DNA of 25,899 nt from NCBI GenBank assembly GCA_027001345.1, contig JALTMS010000108.1, forward strand, positions 1-25,899, read 5' to 3'. The notes beneath the pieces are model-generated. The model was not told the DNA's origin. It did not search any database and saw nothing but the letters and a program-made list of their open reading frames with translations. Source of the DNA: Acidobacteriota bacterium (GTDB lineage Bacteria; Acidobacteriota; Polarisedimenticolia; J045). A program made the position numbers and the translations under genes. Below, piece by piece: positions 1-8,479 of this stretch; the stretch's first letter is position 1, and each line of letters begins with the position of its first letter.

Positions 1-430
1 CCTGTTTCAGGAGCGTGCGCACCCGCGCCAGAGGGTGCTCGCCCTTCTCCAGCAGCGCCTCGACGTCGATGGTGGCGATGATCTCGGCCTGGGTGGCCCA
101 GTAGGGGGCCTTCCCGGGCTCGGGCCGGTCTGCGGCGCGGTCCGGTGATCCCTCCCGGCCGGCCTTCGCGGGAGCCCTTCCCCCTCCTGCCGGATCCGCC
201 GCGGGCAGCCCCGCCGCCTTGCGAAGCTCGAGCACCAGCTCCCGGGTGTCGATTCCCGCGATGCCCGCGGCCTTCTCGATCGTCGCCAGCTTGGCGACGG
301 TCTTGCGTAGCACGGGGTTCTTGAGCTTGTTGAAGATCGGTGCGATCTCGATCAGTTTCTCTTCCAGTTCCGGGTAGGCCTCGAGCAGGGCCCCGATCTT
401 CGTATCCGGAGTGATCGCCGGTTTGCTCAT
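1..430 (-). CDS. DUF1858-domain protein with probable following DUF2249-like domain (3' end outside window)
   Basis: Not in the ORF track. Manual translation from ATG 430 gives MSKPAITPDTKIGALLEAYPELEEKLIEIAPIFNKLKNPVLRKTVAKLATIEKAAGIAGIDTRELVLELRKAAG, a typical DUF1858 pattern. A linker follows, then IDVEALLEKGEHPLARV. The ATG overlaps the upstream TGA (ATGA). Confidence 0.8.
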   Translation of the reverse strand, partial: MSKPAITPDTKIGALLEAYPELEEKLIEIAPIFNKLKNPVLRKTVAKLATIEKAAGIAGIDTRELVLELRKAAGLPAADPAGGGRAPAKAGREGSPDRAADRPEPGKAPYWATQAEIIATIDVEALLEKGEHPLARVRTLLKQ

Positions 431-1674
431 GCCTTCTCCTCCTCTTCCCACGCCAGAAGCCTTCGCTCTCCTTCGAGGGCCCGCAGGGCGGTGATGTCCT
501 GGGTCACCTCCAGGCAACCGAGGTACTCACCCTCCTTCGAGCGCACCGCGAAATAACGGATATGGACGAAGCGGGGCCCGAGCTGGATCCAGAACTCCGC
601 CACGTCCTTCTTGCCGCTGCGGAAGCTCGAGAGGATGTTCTCGACGATGTGCACGCTCTTGGGCGGATGGCAGTTGTGCACCTTGCGGCCGATGACCGAG
701 GGCACCCGCTCGAAAACCCGGTCCTTGCTCTCGGTGAAGAAGGCGACCCGGTCATCGGCATCGACGAAGGTCAGATCCACCGGCAGGACCGAGAAGATCG
801 CCTGGAGCTGCTCGCCGGTGGCCTGCCCCGCCCCGAGGGCGATGGCGGCGCTGCGGCCCGCCTCGAGAGCCGGGTCGGACTTCGAGGCTTCCGTGGGTAC
901 GTAGCCGAGATTGGGTTTGACCAGGCAGTAACCGAAGCGGCGGGATTCCCTGTGGATCTGCGCCCACGCCTCCGGCTCGAGCACCTCCAGGGCCATCGGC
1001 AGGAGGATGTTCTCCTCCTTGTAGATCATCTCGCTGACCCCGTCGAGCAGCGGCACGACGACGTGCTCGGCGATCAACTGCCACTCCTCGAGCCCAGCGC
1101 CCTCGGCGGTGAGGGCCTCGCGGAAGGCCTTGAGCATCTCCCGGATGTCGTCGTCCTTGGCCCACATCACCTGGGAGGGCCCGTCGATGCCGTGACGCTC
1201 GAGGTGGGAGAAGAGGATGTTCTCCTTGCGGGCGTAGTGCTTGTCCAGCTCGAGGAGCTTCTCGCAGCCCTCCCTCCAGCGCTCGAGCAAGGGGGGGAGA
1301 AGCGACTCGTCCCCGAGCCCTCGGACCTTTTCGGTCACCTCCCGCATCTGCTCGACGACCTCCCGTACGGCGTCGTTTTCCCGCAGGAAGGTGTCCACCG
1401 GATGACCGAGGGGATAGGAGGGGATCGTCGGCTTGACGAGGACCTCCCGCATCACCTGGGAGTGGAGATCGCACATGCTCTTGATCTCTCCCGGGTCCAT
1501 GCCTTCGTCGATGAGCTGGTTTTCCATGGCGACGATCTCATCGCTGGTGGTCTCCCGCACGAGAGCCGCGAGTTGCTGCTTGACGTGGGCGGGGTGGTCC
1601 CCCTCGTGGAGGCCGCGAATCACCGTCTTGAGTCGTTCGATACGCCGCTGACGTTCAGGGTCGGACTGGCTCAT
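427..1674 (-). CDS. DUF438 / hemerythrin-like / PAS_10 domain protein
   Basis: DUF438-type N-terminus (EIVAMENQLIDEG, MCDLHSQV), hemerythrin-like helices (HPVDTFLREN, HYARKENILF, VMWAKDDDIR, MIYKEENIL) and a C-terminal PAS (LPVDLTFVD...IGRKVHNCHPPKS...YLGCLEVTQDI). Start moved to ATG 1674, which has a GAGGA-type RBS. Confidence 0.85.
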   Translation of the reverse strand: MSQSDPERQRRIERLKTVIRGLHEGDHPAHVKQQLAALVRETTSDEIVAMENQLIDEGMDPGEIKSMCDLHSQVMREVLVKPTIPSYPLGHPVDTFLRENDAVREVVEQMREVTEKVRGLGDESLLPPLLERWREGCEKLLELDKHYARKENILFSHLERHGIDGPSQVMWAKDDDIREMLKAFREALTAEGAGLEEWQLIAEHVVVPLLDGVSEMIYKEENILLPMALEVLEPEAWAQIHRESRRFGYCLVKPNLGYVPTEASKSDPALEAGRSAAIALGAGQATGEQLQAIFSVLPVDLTFVDADDRVAFFTESKDRVFERVPSVIGRKVHNCHPPKSVHIVENILSSFRSGKKDVAEFWIQLGPRFVHIRYFAVRSKEGEYLGCLEVTQDITALRALEGERRLLAWEEEEKA

Positions 1675-2027
1675 GGGTCTTCCTCTCCTCGTGGAGAGTC
1701 TCTCCACGCTGGACGCGACCAGGATAGCCCTCGAGGCGGCCTCCCGCCCCGGCTACGGGGTGCGGAGGCGGTGGGGGAGCGGGCCAGGTCGATGACGACA
1801 TCAATCACGGAAAGGAAGTAGCGCAACGAGCGCACGAGCGGCTGTGCGTGATCGTGTTCGGGACCGCTGCTGGCGGCGAGCAGCATGGCCGTCTCGACCG
1901 GTTCGAGCGTGACCCGGCGCTCCCAGAGTGTCCTCGCGAGGCGCCGATCGGCGGTGCGGACGTTAGTCCGGGTTGGTCCTGCTGTGCCCGATTCCTTGGA
2001 CTCGAAATGAACACCCCCCGAGAGCAA
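1671..2027 (-). pseudogene. Hypothetical or degenerate ORF, possibly a mobile-element remnant
   Basis: 118-aa ORF whose TGA overlaps the ATG at 1674. The core ADRRLARTLWERRVTLEPVETAMLLAA...PLVRSLRYFLSVIDVV looks protein-like, while the flanks are low-complexity. Start uncertain. Confidence 0.35.
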
Positions 2028-2081
2028 GCAGCGGGGCTGGCCCGGGGCGACTCATACCTCATTGAAGTTTCAGCAGGTTAC

Positions 2082-2158
2082 TGGTCGGGGTGCCCGGATT
2101 TGAACCGGGGACCCCTTGCTCCCGAAGCAAGTGCGCTACCAGGCTGCGCTACACCCCG
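2082..2158 (-). tRNA. tRNA-Pro(CGG)
   Basis: 77-nt cloverleaf CGGGGTGTAGCGCAGCCTGGTAGCGCAC..., anticodon arm CTTGC-TTCGGGA-GCAAG, T-loop GTTCAAATC, encoded CCA end. Confidence 0.97.
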
Positions 2159-2245
2159 ACCTGAGTTGAGACATGCGCTCGCCGCCGTATCCCGGGACGA
2201 CACCGCGGTGGGCCGATCGGCAAGGAAGGGCCCGTGCGCCGCGGA

Positions 2246-2274
2246 AAGTTAGCCGACGTCGCGCCGGCTGTCAA
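2246..2274 (-). promoter_or_regulatory. sigma70-type promoter for tRNA-Pro(CGG)
   Basis: TTGACA-N17-TAACTT on the minus strand. The -35 hexamer contains the pcm stop codon. Confidence 0.75.
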
Positions 2275-2990
2275 CGCGCGCCGGCTCCGGGCCCCCGTCC
2301 CCGGGGGCCGATGGTCGGATCGGCCGGGTCGCGCTCGTAGCCGAAGCGGCCGATCAGCGGCACGAAGCAAGCCGGGCCATGCTCCTCCTGCTCGAACTCG
2401 TCGCCCGGCAGCTTGCGCACGACCACCAGGCGCTGCTCGTCTTCCCGCTGCGCCAGAGGCAGCACCAGCCGCCCACCCGGCTCGAGTTGCCGGAGGAGGG
2501 TGCCAGGCACCTCGGGCGCAGCAGCAGTGACCACCACCGCCCTGTAGGGACCCATCGCAGCCCAGCCATAGGTGCCGTCGAAATGCTTGACCGTCGCTCT
2601 GAGATAACCGAGATCCCGCAGGCGGGCCGCGGCCGTGCGGGCCAGTTCGGCATGACGCTCGACGGTGAAGACGATCAGCCCCATTTCGGCCAGCACCGCA
2701 GCCTGATAGCCGGATCCAGCACCGATCTCCAGCACCCGGCTGCCTTCCGGCACAGCGACCAGCTCGGCCAGCCGGGCCACGGTCCAGGGCTGACTGATGG
2801 TCTGCCCCTGTCCGAGGGGCAGCCGCACGTCCTCGTAGGCCTGACCGGCGAGCGCCGCGTCGATGAAGAGGTGCCGCGGCACCCGCCCCAGGGCAGCGAG
2901 TACCCGGGGCTCGGTGATCCCCTGCTCGGCGAGCCGCTCGACCATCTCCCGGCGGGCTCGCTCGAAACGGCGGCCGGCAGCGCGGCTCAT
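2271..2990 (-). CDS. pcm: Protein-L-isoaspartate O-methyltransferase
   Basis: VPRHLFI, GQTISQPW, SAM-binding motif VLEIGAGSGYQAAVLAE, QLEPGGRLVLP, FVPLIG. ATG 2990 overlaps the surE stop. Confidence 0.95.
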   Translation of the reverse strand: MSRAAGRRFERARREMVERLAEQGITEPRVLAALGRVPRHLFIDAALAGQAYEDVRLPLGQGQTISQPWTVARLAELVAVPEGSRVLEIGAGSGYQAAVLAEMGLIVFTVERHAELARTAAARLRDLGYLRATVKHFDGTYGWAAMGPYRAVVVTAAAPEVPGTLLRQLEPGGRLVLPLAQREDEQRLVVVRKLPGDEFEQEEHGPACFVPLIGRFGYERDPADPTIGPRGRGPGAGAR

Positions 2991-3754
2991 CCCAACAGCT
3001 CCAGCTCGCCTTCCCATCCGGCGAGTTGCTCGAGGGCTCCGCGAAAGGTCAGATCCGCATGGAGCGGTGTGACCGAGACCATTCCTTCCGCCACGGCATG
3101 GTGGTCGGCCCGCGGATCCTCGGCCCAGCTCGCACCGGCCAGGGTCAGCCAGAAGATCTCCTGCCCCTTGGGGTCCTGGCGGCGAATCAGCCCCTGACGA
3201 CAGCGGCGGCGACCCTGCCGGGTGACGCGCAGCCCGCAGGGCTCGGGTGGCACATTGACATTGAGGAAGAGGTCCGAGGGAATCTCCTCATCGAGCACTT
3301 CCTCCGCCAGCCGGCAGGTGATCGCCGCAGCGCGCTCGAGGGCCCGGTGGTCCGCCCCGACGGCACAAGAGACCGCCACCGAGGGCACGCCAAATAGCCG
3401 GCCCTCCATCGCCGCGGCCACGGTGCCCGAATAGGTCAGGTCCTCGCCGAGGTTGTAGCCGCCGTTGATCCCCGAAAGCACGAGCTGCGGAGGCTCGTCG
3501 AGCAGTCCGAGAAAGGCCAGGTTGACGCAGTCCGTGGGGGTGCCTTCCACCGCCCAGCGGGCCGCCCCCACCTCGATGGCCCTCAGCGGTTGCCGGATCG
3601 TCAGGCCATGGGCCACTCCCGACCGCTCCCGATCCGGGGCGATCACTGTCACCGGGCCGAGGCGACGCTCTGCTTCCCGCGCCAGCAGCTCCAGAGCGGG
3701 AGCGTGAATTCCGTCGTCGTTGGTCACCAGGACCCGCAGCCCCGCTTTCGTCAT
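2987..3754 (-). CDS. surE: 5'/3'-nucleotidase SurE
   Basis: LVTNDDG, APDRERSG, GTPTDCV, SGINGGYNLG...YSGTVAAA, SVTPL. Start at ATG 3754; the longer track ORF is an upstream extension. Confidence 0.95.
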   Translation of the reverse strand: MTKAGLRVLVTNDDGIHAPALELLAREAERRLGPVTVIAPDRERSGVAHGLTIRQPLRAIEVGAARWAVEGTPTDCVNLAFLGLLDEPPQLVLSGINGGYNLGEDLTYSGTVAAAMEGRLFGVPSVAVSCAVGADHRALERAAAITCRLAEEVLDEEIPSDLFLNVNVPPEPCGLRVTRQGRRRCRQGLIRRQDPKGQEIFWLTLAGASWAEDPRADHHAVAEGMVSVTPLHADLTFRGALEQLAGWEGELELLG

Positions 3755-3804
3755 CGACCCCTTCCCCGCGTACGCGCGCCGCCGCCACGCTGATCGTGCC
3801 CAGC

Positions 3805-3834
3805 AGGGTAGGCTCCGAGCCCCCGGACAGTCAA
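3805..3834 (-). promoter_or_regulatory. Putative sigma70 promoter for surE-pcm
   Basis: TTGACT-N18-TACCCT on the minus strand, about 50 nt upstream of the surE start. Confidence 0.5.
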
Positions 3835-3874
3835 CGCCGGATCGAAGATCGATGCTCGGCGGCTGGCCTCGCGG

Positions 3875-3880
3875 TACACT
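3875..3880 (+). promoter_or_regulatory. -10 element, probable leaderless promoter
   Basis: TACACT lies 6 nt before ATG 3887, and no Shine-Dalgarno sequence is visible. Confidence 0.5.
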
Positions 3881-3886
3881 TGTCCC

Positions 3887-4228
3887 ATGGTCGATTCTCG
3901 CTGCGCCTCGACTTCCGTGCCGAGCCCCGACCTCCCCGGGCTGCTGCGCTGTTGTGGCTACCGCCCGCGGCGAGGCGGGCGCTGGGTCGGCTACTGCCTC
4001 GAACTGCACCTGCGGGCCGAAGGGCGGGACTGGGACGAGGTGCTCGAGCGACTGATCCTGGCCGCCTCCATGCGCCTGGCCGAACTTCACGAGCGGCCCG
4101 ATCGCCTGCCCGGCAAGGCACCGTTCCACATGCGGCTGTGCTACGCATGGACCGCCTTCCTGCACTTCGTCCGGCCCCAGGGCCGCCGCCGACTGGCGGA
4201 CCTCTCACCGTCCCTTCTGGTGGGCTGA
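3887..4228 (+). CDS. Small hypothetical protein, HicB-N/DUF1902-like fold
   Basis: LRCCGYR...WVGYCLELHLRAEGRDWDEVLERL resembles the HicB-type beta-beta-beta-alpha motif (W-x-A-x-C-x-E/D-L-x-L-x-A-x-G-x-T-x-E-E-A), followed by APFHMRLCYAW. The assignment is from recall only. Confidence 0.6.
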   Translation: MVDSRCASTSVPSPDLPGLLRCCGYRPRRGGRWVGYCLELHLRAEGRDWDEVLERLILAASMRLAELHERPDRLPGKAPFHMRLCYAWTAFLHFVRPQGRRRLADLSPSLLVG

Positions 4229-4389
4229 GCCGAGTCCGGCTCGAGGCCTTCGGCTGCCGACGAGCAGGCGGCTCCGGCTCAACGCGCGCTCGCCATGACG
4301 CAGGATCCCGGCGATCGCGTACTTTCGCTATACTATCGTCAGCATCCCCGGCCGTGCCGCCACGGGGCTTACAGGAAAATGTTGCAGTT

Positions 4390-4421
4390 ATACTTGACAA
4401 TAAAGTCCAGATTAGTAACCT
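4390..4421 (+). promoter_or_regulatory. suf operon sigma70 promoter with overlapping Rrf2-type operator
   Basis: TTGACA (4394-4399)-N16-TAACCT (4416-4421). An imperfect inverted repeat ATACTTGAC-AATAAA-GTCCAGATT (4390-4413) covers the -35, in an AT-rich patch. Confidence 0.65.
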
Positions 4422-4431
4422 TCGAGGTACC

Positions 4432-4938
4432 ATGAAGATCAGCACACTCGAAGAGTACGCCGTCCGCTGCCTCAGCCAGCTCGCCCGCGCCGAGGGCAAG
4501 CTGACCATCGGCGCCATCGCCGAACTCGAGGGCCTGAGCGAAGAAAACACGGCCAAGGTCATGGCCCGCCTGCGCGCCATCGGCCTGGCTCGCAGCTTGC
4601 GCGGCAAGGACGGCGGCTATCTGCTCGCCCGCCCCCCAGAGCAGATCTCACTGGCCGAAGTGCTCGAAGGCGTTGCCGGGGAACTCTTCCAGCTCGAGCG
4701 CTGCCACGGTGACCATGGCAGCCGCAGCGGTTGCGTGCACCACGCCGAGTGCAGCCTGCGCCCCATGTGGGCTCGCCTCGAGCAGGTGGTTCACGACTTT
4801 CTCTCGGCCCTGACCATCGCCGACCTGCTCCGCGAGGAGTCCGCCATGCGCACGGTAGTCTCCGCGCTGAGCCATCGTCCTTCCGCCCTGGATATCACGA
4901 CGGCGGCGGAGCCCGACCGGGCCGCCCCGTCTTCCTGA
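4432..4938 (+). CDS. Rrf2-family transcriptional regulator of the suf operon
   Basis: MKISTLEEYAVRCL, wHTH with RSLRGKDGGYLLARPPEQISLAEVL, and three Cys (CHGDHGSRSGCVHHAEC). ATG 4432 with GAGG RBS. Confidence 0.92.
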   Translation: MKISTLEEYAVRCLSQLARAEGKLTIGAIAELEGLSEENTAKVMARLRAIGLARSLRGKDGGYLLARPPEQISLAEVLEGVAGELFQLERCHGDHGSRSGCVHHAECSLRPMWARLEQVVHDFLSALTIADLLREESAMRTVVSALSHRPSALDITTAAEPDRAAPSS

Positions 4939-4986
4939 TCGACCGCAACCAGCGCCGGCGCCAAGCCGGACCGGAGTCCACTAGCC

Positions 4987-5760
4987 ATGACAGCCAACCC
5001 ACGCCCCCTGCTCGACGTTCAGGACCTCCACGTCGCCATCGAGGGCAAGGAGATTCTCAAAGGAATCAACCTGACTCTCTGCGAGGGTCAGTGTCACGCC
5101 CTGATGGGACGCAACGGCAGCGGCAAGAGCACTCTCTCCCATGCCATCATGGGCCACCCCTCCTACGTCATCACCGGTGGGCGCATCCTCTACCGTGGCG
5201 AAGACCTCAGCGCGCTGTCCACCGAGCAGCGGGCGCGGGCCGGCATCTTCCTCTGTTTCCAGTATCCGATGGCGATTCCAGGCGTGACGGTGGCCTCTTT
5301 TCTGCGCCACGCGCTGAAGGCTGTCGAGGGTGAGCGTTTCGACCCCAAGACCTTCCGCAAGCGGGTCAAGCAGGCCATGGAGCGCCTGGGCATCGACTCG
5401 GACTTCGTCCGCCGTCACGTCAACGACGGCTTTTCCGGCGGCGAGAAAAAGCGCCTCGAGATGCTTCAGATGGAGCTTCTGGCCCCGCGGCTGTCGATCC
5501 TCGACGAGACCGACTCGGGGCTCGACATCGACGCACTACGCATCGTCTCCGAGGGCATCAATCGCCACCTGGGCCCGGGCAACGCTGCTCTGGTGATCAC
5601 CCACTACCAGCGCATCCTCAGCTATGTCAAACCCGACGTGGTGCACGTGATGATCGACGGGCGCATCGTCCGCTCGGGGGGGCCCGAACTGGCGCTCGAA
5701 CTCGAAGAACAGGGCTACGACTGGCTCGAACCGACCAGCGTGGAGGAGACCTCCCCATGA
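4987..5760 (+). CDS. sufC: Fe-S assembly ABC ATPase SufC
   Basis: [37 protein letters not shown]. Confidence 0.97.
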   Translation: MTANPRPLLDVQDLHVAIEGKEILKGINLTLCEGQCHALMGRNGSGKSTLSHAIMGHPSYVITGGRILYRGEDLSALSTEQRARAGIFLCFQYPMAIPGVTVASFLRHALKAVEGERFDPKTFRKRVKQAMERLGIDSDFVRRHVNDGFSGGEKKRLEMLQMELLAPRLSILDETDSGLDIDALRIVSEGINRHLGPGNAALVITHYQRILSYVKPDVVHVMIDGRIVRSGGPELALELEEQGYDWLEPTSVEETSP

Positions 5761-7172
5761 CCAGCCGCCCGGGCCTCGACATCGGCGACAACTACGAGGA
5801 GAAGTACGGCTTTTCAATGCCCGACACCTCGGTCTTTCGAACCCGCAAGGGTCTCGACGAAGATGTCGTGCGCCAGATTTCGGCGATCAAGCACGAACCG
5901 GCCTGGATGACCGAGGCACGCGTCAAGGCCTATCGTCACTTCGTCCAGCGACCGATGCCCACCTGGGGCAACTGCGATTTGCTGGCCGAAATCGATTTCG
6001 ATGATATCACTTACTACGTGCGCCCTGGCGAAAGCGAGGCGGCGGACTGGGACGACGTCCCCGATGAGATCAAGGAAACCTTCGATCGCCTGGGCATCCC
6101 CGAAGCCGAGCGCAAGTTCCTTTCCGGGGTCACGGCCCAGTACGAGTCCGAGGTCGTCTACCACTCGGTTCAGCAAGAACTCGAAAAGCAGGGTGTGCTC
6201 TTCATGTCGATGGATGACGGTCTCAAACGCCATCCGGAGATCATCAAGAAATACTTCGGCACTGTGATCCCGGCCACCGACAACAAGTTTTCGGCGCTCA
6301 ACACCGCCGTCTGGTCCGGCGGTTCGTTCGTCTACGTGCCTCCCGGCCGAAAGGTGGACATCCCCCTGCAAGCCTATTTCCGGATCAACACCGAGTCCGT
6401 CGGCCAGTTCGAGCGCACCTTGATCATCTGTGACGAGGGCTCCTCGGTGCACTACATCGAGGGTTGCACGGCACCGATCTACCGCAAGGATTCGCTGCAC
6501 TCCGCGGTAGTCGAGCTGATTGCGCTGAAGGACGCATCGATCCGCTACACGACGATCCAGAACTGGTCACGCAACGTTTTCAACCTGGTCACCAAGCGGG
6601 CGGTAGCTTACGAGGGTGCGCGGGTGGACTGGGTCGATGGCAACCTGGGCTCGAAGCTGACGATGAAGTACCCGGCGATCATCCTGCGCGGCGAGCGAGC
6701 CCACGGAGAGGTGCTTTCGATCGCCTTTTCGGGGCACGACCAGCACCAGGATGCGGGCGCCAAGATGATTCATGTGGCGCCCAACACGACTTCGCGAATC
6801 ACGTCCAAGTCGATCTCCAAGGACGGTGGCCGAGGATCCTACCGCGGCCTGGTCAAGGTCAATCCCGGCGCTACCGGCTGCAGGATCAACGTGCAGTGCG
6901 ATGCGCTGATCCTCGACCCCCACTCGCGCTCGGACACCTACCCCACGATGGAGGTTGCCGAGGAGTCGGTCAACGTCGAGCACGAAGCGACCGTCAGCCG
7001 GGTCGGAGAGGAACAGCTCTACTACCTGATGAGTCGCGGGCTGAGCCAGGAGCAGGCCACGCTGATGATCGTCAACGGTTTCATCGAGCCGTTCACCAGG
7101 GAACTGCCGATGGAATACGCGGTTGAACTCAATCGGCTGATCGAACTTGAAATGGAAGGCTCGGTGGGCTGA
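5757..7172 (+). CDS. sufB: Fe-S assembly scaffold SufB
   Basis: [65 protein letters not shown]. At 471 aa there is no sign of an intein. Confidence 0.97.
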   Translation: MTSRPGLDIGDNYEEKYGFSMPDTSVFRTRKGLDEDVVRQISAIKHEPAWMTEARVKAYRHFVQRPMPTWGNCDLLAEIDFDDITYYVRPGESEAADWDDVPDEIKETFDRLGIPEAERKFLSGVTAQYESEVVYHSVQQELEKQGVLFMSMDDGLKRHPEIIKKYFGTVIPATDNKFSALNTAVWSGGSFVYVPPGRKVDIPLQAYFRINTESVGQFERTLIICDEGSSVHYIEGCTAPIYRKDSLHSAVVELIALKDASIRYTTIQNWSRNVFNLVTKRAVAYEGARVDWVDGNLGSKLTMKYPAIILRGERAHGEVLSIAFSGHDQHQDAGAKMIHVAPNTTSRITSKSISKDGGRGSYRGLVKVNPGATGCRINVQCDALILDPHSRSDTYPTMEVAEESVNVEHEATVSRVGEEQLYYLMSRGLSQEQATLMIVNGFIEPFTRELPMEYAVELNRLIELEMEGSVG

Positions 7173-7227
7173 CCCCGAGCTTCCGGCCACGCGACCGGGC
7201 AGCCGCCCGGCAGATGGGACAGGCAAG

Positions 7228-8475
7228 GTGAACGAAATCACGCAGCAAGAACGAGAGCGACAGGCCTTCGAGGCGCTCGCGCCAGGCGAGCCCGGGTGGC
7301 TGCGCCGGCGGCGCGAGCAGGCCTGGCAGCTCCGCAGCCGGCTCGAGCTGCCTGAGCGCAGCGAGCACCGCTGGCGCTACACCAACCCGCAACAGCTCCT
7401 CTTCCCTCCGGGCGCCCCCGTGCGCCCCACCGCGGCCCGCCACGCCCAGCCGACTGTGGCAGCGGACGACCTGCTGGTGACGGATCTGGCAGCGGCAGCT
7501 CGGGAGATGCCCGAGGTCATCGAACGCCACCTCGGGCGCGTACTGCCCGCCGACGACTCTCTGTTCACGGCACTGCACACGGCCCTCTGGTCCGGTGGCC
7601 TGTTCGTGCGTGTGCCGACCGGAGCCCGACCGGAGCAGAGCATACACACCCACACGGATCCCACCGGTGGCCAGGGCGTACTCTTACCGCGCTCGCTGAT
7701 CATCGTCGAGCGGGGAGCGAAGCTGACGATCGTCGACGAGGTCGCTCGGAGCGAAGCGGTCAGTGCGGGGGAGATCCACGGTGAAGCCTGCCGCGATGGT
7801 GCGATGCTTCACCGTAACGTGGAAATCGTCCTCGAGGACGACGCCTCACTGACCTACATCAGCATCCAGGACGCCCCCCCGGGAACGACCCTGCACACGA
7901 CCACCGCCGCGCGACTCGGCGCCGGTGCCCGACTGGACTACGTCTTCGGTTCGTTCGGCGGCGACGTGGTCAAGTCCGACCTGCGCGCCGAAGTGCTCGG
8001 GCGTGGGGCGGAATCCAATGTCTTCGGCCTGATCTATGGCGAGGGCGCGCAGCGCTTCGACCACCACACGGTGCAGCGGCTCCATGCGCCGGATTGCAGC
8101 AGCGGTATGAACGTGCGCGCCGTACTGGCGGGGCAAGCGCGATCGGCGGCGACGGGATTGCTCCAGATCGGAGAGCGGGGAGCACGCTGTCGGGCCTGGC
8201 AGGAAAACCGTAACCTGCTGCTCTCCGACCAGGCCCGGGCGGTGTCCCTGCCCGAGCTGGAGATTCTCACCGACGACGTGCAGGCCAAGCACGGTGCAAC
8301 CGTGGGACCGGTCGACGAGACGATGCTCTATTACCTGGCGTCTCGCGGCCTGGCCCGTGAGGAGGCGATTCGCCTGGTCGTCGCAGGCTTCTTCGAACCC
8401 TTGATCGAGAAGGTGCCGATGGAGAGCAGTCGCGAACGCCTGCGACAGCTCGTCCGGCGGCGGCTGGAGGGTTGA
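7228..8475 (+). CDS. sufD: Fe-S assembly protein SufD
   Basis: EHRWRYT, QENRNLLLS, LPELEILTDDVQAKHGATVG, YYLASRGL. Start moved to GTG 7228 because the track start overlaps sufB. Confidence 0.92.
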   Translation: MNEITQQERERQAFEALAPGEPGWLRRRREQAWQLRSRLELPERSEHRWRYTNPQQLLFPPGAPVRPTAARHAQPTVAADDLLVTDLAAAAREMPEVIERHLGRVLPADDSLFTALHTALWSGGLFVRVPTGARPEQSIHTHTDPTGGQGVLLPRSLIIVERGAKLTIVDEVARSEAVSAGEIHGEACRDGAMLHRNVEIVLEDDASLTYISIQDAPPGTTLHTTTAARLGAGARLDYVFGSFGGDVVKSDLRAEVLGRGAESNVFGLIYGEGAQRFDHHTVQRLHAPDCSSGMNVRAVLAGQARSAATGLLQIGERGARCRAWQENRNLLLSDQARAVSLPELEILTDDVQAKHGATVGPVDETMLYYLASRGLAREEAIRLVVAGFFEPLIEKVPMESSRERLRQLVRRRLEG

Positions 8476-8479
8476 ACCG

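Noticed and set aside
1789-1804. FNR-like box TCGAT-GACGAC-ATCAA upstream of the DUF438 gene
   Set aside because: The spacer is 6 nt rather than the 4 nt of TTGAT-N4-ATCAA, and no promoter could be placed next to it.
562-1821. 419-aa plus-strand ORF and similar antisense or alternate-frame ORFs over suf, fab and PTS genes
   Set aside because: They overlap well-supported genes and have R/P/G/A-rich or mirror-codon composition.
3755-4430. att-site duplicate of the tRNA-Pro(GGG) 3' end at the left edge of the suf block
   Set aside because: Searched by eye for the tRNA 3' sequence and found no copy; there is also no integrase in the window.
3796-4431. Long N-terminal extensions of Rrf2, surE, mutL, EIIA, fabF and sufD given by the ORF track
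   Set aside because: Homology begins at internal starts, most with a clear RBS; the extensions overlap other genes or promoters.
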